Source: an uncultured Draconibacterium sp. (lineage in GTDB: Bacteria > Bacteroidota > Bacteroidia > Bacteroidales > FEN-979). Taken from it: a stretch of 24,000 bases of DNA. The translations under genes and the position numbers were made by a program. Location of the stretch: positions 48,485 to 72,484 of the forward strand of contig CAZVNF010000001.1 of the NCBI GenBank assembly GCA_964628215.1. Reading direction: 5' to 3'. This document shows positions 14,927-22,094 of this stretch, in pieces. How positions within the stretch are numbered: position 1 is the first letter of the stretch; every line of letters begins with the position of its first letter. Below the pieces are notes generated by a model. The model saw only the letters and a list, made by a program, of their open reading frames with translations, made no database searches and was not told where the DNA came from.

Positions 14927-15307
14927 ATGATTTTAAAAAAGGCGCATACCCTCCTTATAGCATTGAGTGAATCAGTTCCTCATACAGAAATGATCAACTC
15001 GCTGCGCACCAGCGAGTATAATCTTCTTGAATCAAAAACAGGCGGGGAAATTCTTCAAACACTTTGCGAACATTCAGAGATTGATCTGATCATGATAACC
15101 GTTGATATTTCAGGAATGGATGGAATTGAAACCATTCTGGCAATAAGAAAACAGTATATAAAAATACCGATCATCCTGCTTTTAAATCATGTAACCATTG
15201 AATCAGTGCGACTCGCTCAAAACATCGGTTGTAATGAGATCATACAAGCTCCGGTTGATCATAAAACCCTAGAAGCAATCATCCTGAAATATCTTCCAAT
15301 TCCATAA
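14927..15307 (+). CDS. Stand-alone receiver-fold protein with degenerate phosphorylation site (pseudo-receiver)
   Basis: The (beta-alpha)5 receiver pattern is recognisable (DLIMITVDISGMDGIETILAIRK...IPIILLLNHV...CNEIIQAPV). A by-eye alignment to CheY puts A/L at D12/D13, T at D57 (an Asp sits 2 residues later), L/N at T87 and A at K109. Confidence 0.65.
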   Translation: MILKKAHTLLIALSESVPHTEMINSLRTSEYNLLESKTGGEILQTLCEHSEIDLIMITVDISGMDGIETILAIRKQYIKIPIILLLNHVTIESVRLAQNIGCNEIIQAPVDHKTLEAIILKYLPIP

Positions 15308-15326
15308 TACTTTATAACCATATTCC

Positions 15327-16148
15327 ATGAAACTCCCATTTTTAACAAAATCATTACGCTGTCTGGCTTTCGGTCTCATTTTCTTTTATACGCCGGTCAT
15401 CGCCCAAAACGAAAAGGCAGCCTCCGACATGTCAGAGCTCGCCAAGCAATCGCAAAACCCTGTGGCAAACATGTATCAGTTGCCTGTCAGTTACTTAGGG
15501 GATTTTAATTCCGGGGTGACTAAAACCTACATTTCAACGGTTATGTTAAAACCAGTTATCCCGATTACACTCTCCAAAAGTCTGTTATTTATTTTCAGGG
15601 CCATTATCCCGGTTACTTTCATGCCTTCACCAATTAATAAAACCGGATTAAGCGACATCCAGTTACAGTTTTATTTATCGCCTACCGGCAAATCAAAATT
15701 TATCTGGGGGATAGGCCCGATCGTTTCATTGCCTACAGGAGTTCCACCTGATATGTGTTCAGGGAAATGGACAGCAGGACCGGGAGGGGCAGGATTGTGG
15801 ATGTTAAAACATTGGGTAATAGGAGCGCTCATAACCCAGCGGTGGTCGTTTGCGGGCGCAAGTGATAAGTCGGACATTAGTCAATTGTACATTGATGCCT
15901 TCGCCAATTACAATTTCAAACACGGTTGGGCTTTGGGCTATACACCTGAAATCTATGTAAACTGGAACCAACCTGACGATGCATGGAATCTGCCGGTAGG
16001 CCTGAATGTTTCAAAAGTCTTCAAGATCGGGAAACAGCCGCTTTCTGCCAATCTTGCCTACTTCTACAATGTCGTTCGACCCGACGATTACCCTGATATG
16101 TATATCAAAGCGGGATTGACTTTCCTGTTTCCGAAAAAGGCAAAATAA
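15327..16148 (+). CDS. Outer-membrane beta-barrel protein, 'transporter'/MetA-pathway-of-phenol-degradation-like family (hydrophobic compound channel type)
   Basis: The signal peptide is MKLPFLTKSLRCLAFGLIFFYTPVIAQ. LAKQSQNPVANMYQLPV, the MLKPVIPI pattern, GLSDIQLQFYLSP, WGIGPIVSLPTG...GKWTAGPG and the C-terminal LTFLFP match my recollection of this barrel family. The sequence shows alternating beta-strand periodicity. Confidence 0.5.
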   Translation: MKLPFLTKSLRCLAFGLIFFYTPVIAQNEKAASDMSELAKQSQNPVANMYQLPVSYLGDFNSGVTKTYISTVMLKPVIPITLSKSLLFIFRAIIPVTFMPSPINKTGLSDIQLQFYLSPTGKSKFIWGIGPIVSLPTGVPPDMCSGKWTAGPGGAGLWMLKHWVIGALITQRWSFAGASDKSDISQLYIDAFANYNFKHGWALGYTPEIYVNWNQPDDAWNLPVGLNVSKVFKIGKQPLSANLAYFYNVVRPDDYPDMYIKAGLTFLFPKKAK

Positions 16149-16175
16149 TTTATTCATTTCTAAATCCAGACACAT

Positions 16176-17054
16176 ATGAAACACATTGAAATACAAGATA
16201 ATGAATGGTCTCCGAATGCTAACCTTTCAGTAATGACCAAAACCGACAAGCTCTGCATCGGAGCGTTCTTGTTTTTTTTATTGGTCTTCTTTTATATGTT
16301 TTGCCGGGAATTTCTTTCTCCGGTACTTGCACTTCCGGTTCTTCCCGGAGGGTCTTACGGTAAAATGTTACCCCCTGTTATGTTTGCCCTCCTTTACCTT
16401 ATTTATACCCGTGGATATAAAAGTACTCTATCCATGTTACTTTTTATTTGGGTTTATGGCTGGATAGCAGAAGAACTGAGTGTCCATACCGGTTTCCCAT
16501 ACGGGCATTACTATTACTCGGATGCGCTTGGCTATAAACTTGATGTAGTACCAATTACAATAGGAATCAATTACCTGTGGCTCTTTATATTTCCTGCATT
16601 TTTTATCTCCAACCTCCTCGCCCAGGGAAGTTTTCTATTCATGGGTAAAGGTATAAAAGGACTGCTATTCACCTCCCTGGTTGCAAGTATTGTCATTTCA
16701 GGCATTGATATGGTGGCTGACCCGCTGGATGCAACCAAAATGTCGGAATGGGTATGGACAAAGAACGCCTATACCGGTTATTATGGCATTCCTTACATGA
16801 ATTACCTGGGCTATGTCATTGTGATGACCCCGGCATTTTTTATTTATGGCCTTATTCAAAGGAAATTCAAAGCAAAACCCATTGGTCCCGTAAATATCTG
16901 GATCGCTTTTATTCCTCTGTTTTTCTATTTTCTCATCTTTCTCATGTACGGAGCACCGGCTCCCAGCGGAGTATTCCTGGTCGGTTGCTTTACAATGGTT
17001 TTTCCGCTGATCCTTTCAATAGATAAATTATTGAAGCAGTTCTCAACGAAATAA
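16176..17054 (+). CDS. Polytopic membrane protein, carotenoid biosynthesis protein (DUF422 / CruF carotenoid 1',2'-hydratase) family-like
   Basis: 292 aa with about 7 hydrophobic helices. The motif AEELSVHTGFPYGHYYYSDALGYKLDVVPITIGINYLWLF resembles the TGFPFGxYxY...lG.kl.gvP core I recall for DUF422/CruF. Confidence 0.5.
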   Translation: MKHIEIQDNEWSPNANLSVMTKTDKLCIGAFLFFLLVFFYMFCREFLSPVLALPVLPGGSYGKMLPPVMFALLYLIYTRGYKSTLSMLLFIWVYGWIAEELSVHTGFPYGHYYYSDALGYKLDVVPITIGINYLWLFIFPAFFISNLLAQGSFLFMGKGIKGLLFTSLVASIVISGIDMVADPLDATKMSEWVWTKNAYTGYYGIPYMNYLGYVIVMTPAFFIYGLIQRKFKAKPIGPVNIWIAFIPLFFYFLIFLMYGAPAPSGVFLVGCFTMVFPLILSIDKLLKQFSTK

Positions 17055-17066
17055 AAAAACAGATCT

Positions 17067-17999
17067 ATGGCATTTTTTAAGAGATTTACGGTATTCTTGG
17101 TTCTCCTGCTGTTTTGTCACCAGGTCATTCAGGCACAATATGGAAGAATTTACTCGAATGTTCCCCGTAATGATAATTATTTCCAGTTGCATTATTACAA
17201 TACGATCTCAAATTCATGGGCCGAACAAACCATACCGGCTGATAAAAACCAAAGCATCACCAACCTGGGAAGTTTATCATACACACGGGTCATGAATATT
17301 TTCGGACGTACCGGCGGTCCTGGTATCGTTATCCCATATTCAAGCATGCTGAGTTTCAACGAGGAAACAGATACCATCACATACCGGGGCAGTGGCTTCG
17401 GTGATCCATCTTTCACCTTCGACTGCAATATATTTGGAGCACCATCCTTGAGGAAAACGGATTTTGACCATCATGTCCCTGCCACTTATATGAGCGCCCA
17501 TTATGTGATGAGTTTTCCGTTTGGTAGTTATAACAGCAGCAAGACAACCAATATCGGCTCAAACAGGTACACCTGCAAATTTGTACTTAACTACAGCATC
17601 ACCACGATGAAAGGGAAAAACTGGATTGATATGTATGCCAATGTTAAATTATCCGGTAAAAACAATAGTTACCTGGGAGATAAGACATTAAGCCAATCTC
17701 CGATTTATGGTTTTGAGATCCATTACAGTCAGGATATTCTTGAAAAATTACTCGGTAAGGGCTGCTGGTTCAACATTGGTGCCATCTACAGTGGTGGAGG
17801 AAAGGTCACGGTGGATGGCGTTACAGGAAATGATCAGCATTCTGTTAAAGGATGTGGGGCAGTTTCATTTCCAACCTGGAAACATGGTTCCATCATCGTC
17901 AGTTACAATGGCTCAGTGTGGGGAACCAATGGCTCACCAGTGACACATCAGTTGATTGTACAAATCAATTGCCCGTTTGTTTGTAAATCACAACAATAA
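17067..17999 (+). CDS. Second outer-membrane beta-barrel-like exported protein (Phenol_MetA_deg-like)
   Basis: The signal peptide is MAFFKRFTVFLVLLLFCHQVIQAQ. The protein is beta-rich with alternating polarity. GSGFGDPSFTFDCNIFGAP and NIGSNRYTCKFVLNYS resemble the G-x-GD and N-x-G-x-N-R motifs of that family. Confidence 0.4.
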   Translation: MAFFKRFTVFLVLLLFCHQVIQAQYGRIYSNVPRNDNYFQLHYYNTISNSWAEQTIPADKNQSITNLGSLSYTRVMNIFGRTGGPGIVIPYSSMLSFNEETDTITYRGSGFGDPSFTFDCNIFGAPSLRKTDFDHHVPATYMSAHYVMSFPFGSYNSSKTTNIGSNRYTCKFVLNYSITTMKGKNWIDMYANVKLSGKNNSYLGDKTLSQSPIYGFEIHYSQDILEKLLGKGCWFNIGAIYSGGGKVTVDGVTGNDQHSVKGCGAVSFPTWKHGSIIVSYNGSVWGTNGSPVTHQLIVQINCPFVCKSQQ

Positions 18000-18010
18000 A
18001 AAAAATCCAT

Positions 18011-19708
18011 ATGGTAACATTTAAGTTAATAAGTAATTGCGCAATAGCAATTTACTTTATTTCCGGAATGTTTTGGTCCGATACATCCATCGCCCAAAAT
18101 AATAAACCGGCAAAACCAGCATTAGCAATTAACCCCGATTCGTATGTTTCGGCATCCAAGGAAGAGTGGGGTCAGTTAATGTGGGATTTTAAACTCTTCA
18201 ATCAGCCCCTGGATGAATTTGCAAATTTTGATGAACCCAATGATGCCGGTCTGGCAGCAAACCGTTTTATTGATAATTATGCGGCATACTTTATTGCAGC
18301 TGAACAATACCACAAGTTTCCGGCATGGTCGGAAGCCATTCAACCTGTTTTGGACAGGGTAAATATGAAATTGCTCGAGAAATTTTTGTGGAAATATTGG
18401 TCGGACGAAAGCATTGGTATTCCCAAATTTCAGCCCGATATGGATCAGACATTCCCTGCAACTGCCGACCCTGTCGGGTTTGCCAATATTATGTATTCGG
18501 GACATTTGTTATTCCAGATGAATCTTTATCAGTCGCTTTACCGCGACATGAAATGGGATAAACCGGGGTCGGTTGTGTTAAAATGGGATGATTACACACA
18601 ATTTGTTTACGATAACAAGAAAATACAAGAGTTGATCACCATGCAATTTCTCAGCAATCCTGTTCCGGGAGTAGAATGTGAACGTAACGCTGTTTTCTCG
18701 GCCTGTAATCAGTTCCCTTTAAATGGGATGAAACTTTATGATGAAATGCATGGCACCCGTTATTTTGCTGCCGTTGCGCCATTGTATAAAAAATGGTTCG
18801 AAGATGTTTTTGTAGATCCTCAAACCTATAATATTGCCTGGTTTTATTTAATCAAACAAAAAATTGCCTTTTCCGAAAAGACGCCATATTATGGCAACAA
18901 GTCAGATTCATTGGAAAAGCAATTGGTTAACAAGGGGGTTGATTTTATCTCGGCAGGTAATGATGGTGCTGTTGGTACTTTTATGCATGCCTGGAACCCG
19001 GAACTGATCGAAAAAATATATCCTGCTTTAAAGAAAAAAGTCTTTTCCGTTGATGCAACCGGCCTGGCAAAATTGCACCAGGATGTATTTATCCAGGACG
19101 CTACCTATTCATATTTTACCTGCCTGGTAGCCGAAATGGGCGATGAACCAACAAAACAATTGCTGATACAAACAATGGACAGTATTTACCAGGGAGTTTG
19201 GCTGGATGGCACATACCATTATGCCTACAACGAAAATGCTGCGGGATTAAGTGTTGGATCGCCCGATGCAGCAAAGAAAACCGGAACAGCGATCAAGCCA
19301 AAGTGTTGTGAATCGCCGATGAAAAAAATGCAGGCGCCTCAATCAGATGTTTCCAACCAGGTGATTGGTCTTGCACGGGCATTGCCTAAAAACGGAATGT
19401 GGATGATGGTGAATAAACCCTTTGATGATTTACACTTTACCGAACCGGCATTAAGCGGAGTTGATGTTAAGAGTGTAATGATGAAAAGAGCCATCTACGA
19501 CAGAACTCAGAAAGCGCTTATTGTTTCAACATTTTCAAATAAAACAGGGGTAGAAACAACCATTAAAGTGATCAAGCTGAATCCTGCAAAAACGTATAAC
19601 ATATTTATCAACCAGGAATTTCATAAAGAAGTTAAAGGCATAACAGAAGAGGATATTAAAATGGACAGCAAAAAGAACTATGACATTGTCGTTGTAGAAA
19701 AATATTAA
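18011..19708 (+). CDS. Exported linalool dehydratase/isomerase (Ldi)-like protein with an extra C-terminal beta-rich domain
   Basis: The signal peptide ends ...SDTSIAQ. ANIMYSGHLLFQMNLYQSLY compares with the recalled Castellaniella Ldi ENIMYKGHLNLMYGLYQL. VECERNAVFSACNQFPLNGMKLYDEMHGTRYF compares with [31 protein letters not shown]. The Cys-x8-Cys pair (codons 18677 and 18704) and the GHL His (18503) are conserved. The protein is 565 aa versus about 400 aa for Ldi. Confidence 0.6.
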   Translation: MVTFKLISNCAIAIYFISGMFWSDTSIAQNNKPAKPALAINPDSYVSASKEEWGQLMWDFKLFNQPLDEFANFDEPNDAGLAANRFIDNYAAYFIAAEQYHKFPAWSEAIQPVLDRVNMKLLEKFLWKYWSDESIGIPKFQPDMDQTFPATADPVGFANIMYSGHLLFQMNLYQSLYRDMKWDKPGSVVLKWDDYTQFVYDNKKIQELITMQFLSNPVPGVECERNAVFSACNQFPLNGMKLYDEMHGTRYFAAVAPLYKKWFEDVFVDPQTYNIAWFYLIKQKIAFSEKTPYYGNKSDSLEKQLVNKGVDFISAGNDGAVGTFMHAWNPELIEKIYPALKKKVFSVDATGLAKLHQDVFIQDATYSYFTCLVAEMGDEPTKQLLIQTMDSIYQGVWLDGTYHYAYNENAAGLSVGSPDAAKKTGTAIKPKCCESPMKKMQAPQSDVSNQVIGLARALPKNGMWMMVNKPFDDLHFTEPALSGVDVKSVMMKRAIYDRTQKALIVSTFSNKTGVETTIKVIKLNPAKTYNIFINQEFHKEVKGITEEDIKMDSKKNYDIVVVEKY

Positions 19709-19732
19709 CTCATTAACCTAAATAAATATTTT

Positions 19733-21034
19733 ATGAAAAAACTAATCATCACTTTCTATTTACTGGCCTCCATTGGCATGTTGTTCAACACGGGCTGTTC
19801 ATCCCAGCCAAAAATCACCAAATTGGAAGCCACCCAAAAACTGGCAGAACTTAAAATGAAATACGATATCGCAAACACCCAGTGGTACGATATCTATACG
19901 CAAGGCTTGATCCCGGGTGCCGAAGAGGCTGGTAAGCTGATTTCACAGGCACAGAATGCGGTGGATTCGGGGGAGATGAAAAAGGCTGAAGAGTTGATCA
20001 TTCAGGCCGATACGTTGCTGAAAACCTACACCATGGCCAACCTTCCCGATTACAGTCCTCCCACTCCGCTGGCCGATCCTGCCGATCATGGCAAGGTTCA
20101 TAAGGCAACCCTCCAGGATCTCAGGGCCATGGAGTTCTATGGCGTTCCAAGATGGAATTACTGGTTCAATTTTGTGGGTAAGGCCGATGACGGAACCCTT
20201 TACATGGCTTATGCCTACATCAACCACCATGGTACGGGAAAGATAACTCCGCCCATCGTGTTTGCCATGAGCACGAGCAAGGATCCGTCCAACATTCTGA
20301 AGGTGAAATTCACCGCTGAACCCACCCTGAAAGACACCAAAGATTCGCGGATCTGGATTGTGAAAGACGGTGATAAAACCTTAACCTACACCCTGACAGA
20401 TGGCAAAGTGGGGATTAAATACGAATCAAAAGACCTTACAGTTGATGTGGCTTCGGTGATGCAATACTCTTTCTGGTATAACAAAAACGTGAACTCCGCC
20501 GAGATGATGCCGGGAGCCCCCATGGCGGGATTCGAAGAGACTGGCGCCGCTGAGGGTTACTTCCTTGTAAATGGGCTGAAGATCGTGGTTAAAGGCTTTG
20601 GAGAATCTGAGAACCTCTTCTGCGGTGGCAAGGGGGTTGACTATCGCAGTGCACTGATCAAGTACGGTAATGAATGGTGGGTGCCATTCCATACCGACCA
20701 GGCCCAGGGACTCATCTGTATGACAGGAAAATACAAGGATGCAGGACTTTTCCTCAATGGGAAATATGTGGTACCATCATCGGTTGAAGTTGTGCCGATC
20801 GAGGCAAACAAATCCTTTAAACTGAACATGAAAACTTCGGAAGGGGATCTGAACCTGATCATCACATGCTGGGGTTGGGACCCTCCCCTTTATGAACATT
20901 GGGCGACCTGCGAAGGAACTTTCAAAGAACAGAACCTGACCAACGGCTATGCCTGGCTGGAACATATCCCACAAGGCGGGGTCAATGCAAGCCCACCGGT
21001 GGGAGGAAGACAAGGAATTCCTGAAAAACAATAA
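19733..21034 (+). CDS. SPII lipoprotein: N-terminal helical region plus beta-rich domain, possibly CrtC/AttH-like (carotenoid 1,2-hydratase lipocalin-like fold)
   Basis: The lipobox is MLFNTGC|SS. DPADHGKVHKATLQDLRAMEFYGVPRWNYWFNFVGKADDGTLYMAYAYI loosely resembles the P-x-DHG-x-H...EWWY...G...DG opening of CrtC/AttH proteins. The assignment is weak. Confidence 0.3.
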   Translation: MKKLIITFYLLASIGMLFNTGCSSQPKITKLEATQKLAELKMKYDIANTQWYDIYTQGLIPGAEEAGKLISQAQNAVDSGEMKKAEELIIQADTLLKTYTMANLPDYSPPTPLADPADHGKVHKATLQDLRAMEFYGVPRWNYWFNFVGKADDGTLYMAYAYINHHGTGKITPPIVFAMSTSKDPSNILKVKFTAEPTLKDTKDSRIWIVKDGDKTLTYTLTDGKVGIKYESKDLTVDVASVMQYSFWYNKNVNSAEMMPGAPMAGFEETGAAEGYFLVNGLKIVVKGFGESENLFCGGKGVDYRSALIKYGNEWWVPFHTDQAQGLICMTGKYKDAGLFLNGKYVVPSSVEVVPIEANKSFKLNMKTSEGDLNLIITCWGWDPPLYEHWATCEGTFKEQNLTNGYAWLEHIPQGGVNASPPVGGRQGIPEKQ

Positions 21035-21075
21035 ATGAATCACTAAATCAGTAATTAATACTAAACCAATATCTT

Positions 21076-21768
21076 ATGAAAACAGCAAAAATTTATTTCG
21101 GTCTTCTGGCAGTCGTGGCTGCCTTTGTAATCACTTCGTGCGGTTCGCCGGTCACAATGACCAGTTGGAAGAACCCGGCAGACAATTCAAAAATCTCGAA
21201 AGTTATGATAATGCCCTTATTCGACAAACTAGATTACATTAAACCATTTGAACAGTCGATGGATGCCTATTTAACTGCACAGGGGATGAAGGTGCTAGGG
21301 TCACTTGATATACTGAATCCAAATGTCAAATACGCGATTTCCGAAATCAAAAAGAAGTGCGACAGTCTGGGCGCTGATGCAATTTTGATATTCGTTTACA
21401 AAGGCACCGATAAATCAGAAAGTTACGTTCCTCCCACTACTTACACAACCGGTGGGTTTGGTGGCAACTGGGGTGGCGGATACTGGGGCGGTGGTTATTG
21501 GGGTGGCGGCTACGGCGGCGGTATTTATGGGGGAAGCGGCTTCGACGACGTCAGTACCGTAACGACTGGAGGCTACTGGACAACCACCTCCGTGGTAAAC
21601 CTGAAAGCAAGTCTCTACACCAAGTCTGCGACGGATGCCGTATGGACCAGTGATATTACGGTAACCGACCCGAATTATGTGGACCAGTGTGCTACAACAA
21701 TCGCAAAGGACATATATGCAGATTGGCAGAAAAATAATCTTTTGAAATATCCATCGGTAAAAAAATAA
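21076..21768 (+). CDS. SPII lipoprotein, DUF4136-like, with an internal Gly/Trp/Tyr repeat
   Basis: The lipobox is FVITSC|GS. The internal repeat is GGFGGNWGGGYWGGGYWGGGYGGGIYGGSGF. The overall size and the layout of conserved flanks around a Gly-rich insert resemble DUF4136 lipoproteins. Confidence 0.4.
   Translation: MKTAKIYFGLLAVVAAFVITSCGSPVTMTSWKNPADNSKISKVMIMPLFDKLDYIKPFEQSMDAYLTAQGMKVLGSLDILNPNVKYAISEIKKKCDSLGADAILIFVYKGTDKSESYVPPTTYTTGGFGGNWGGGYWGGGYWGGGYGGGIYGGSGFDDVSTVTTGGYWTTTSVVNLKASLYTKSATDAVWTSDITVTDPNYVDQCATTIAKDIYADWQKNNLLKYPSVKK
21469..21528 (+). repeat. In-frame 15-nt tandem repeat encoding (W)GGGY units
   Basis: The units are tggggtggcggatac (21469-83), tggggcggtggttat (21484-98), tggggtggcggctac (21499-513) and ggcggcggtatttat (21514-28). 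Confidence 0.85.
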
Positions 21769-21974
21769 CGACGGATTATCCATATTTTCAGCCCATTGGT
21801 CCTTCAATACCTTAATGGAATGGGGTATGAACCAGGTACATTGATATTGCCATACTCCTACGGCAATTTACCACAATAGCGGTTTGACGCTGTTTTACAC
21901 TTTTAGAAGGTGACGATTATATGTCAAATCCAAATGTCAAAGATGAATGAAAGCGTTTAATGCTACTGTATACA

Positions 21975-22004
21975 TTGCATTGAGCTTTACTTCGCTCAAT
22001 GCAA
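21975..22004 (+). other. Perfect 11-bp stem / 8-nt loop hairpin in the intergenic region, with no U-tract
   Basis: ttgcattgagc (21975-85), loop tttacttc, gctcaatgcaa (21994-22004). It lies about 205 nt after the stop at 21768 and about 90 nt before ATG 22095. Confidence 0.5.
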
Positions 22005-22094
22005 ACACCTCAAACCAAATTTTCCGAACGTGAAATATCCCAGGCCTGAACTCAATTGAAAATTCATAAAAGACTAGCCCTCAAATCCAAAAAA

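Noticed and set aside
21316-21941. Exact 15-mer aatccaaatgtcaaa at 21316-21330 (inside the lipoprotein gene) and at 21927-21941 (intergenic). Both copies encode NPNVK, hinting at a gene-fragment duplication.
   Set aside because: Similarity does not extend convincingly beyond the 15-mer. An AT-rich 15-mer recurring once in 24 kb on two strands is within chance expectation, on the order of a few tenths.
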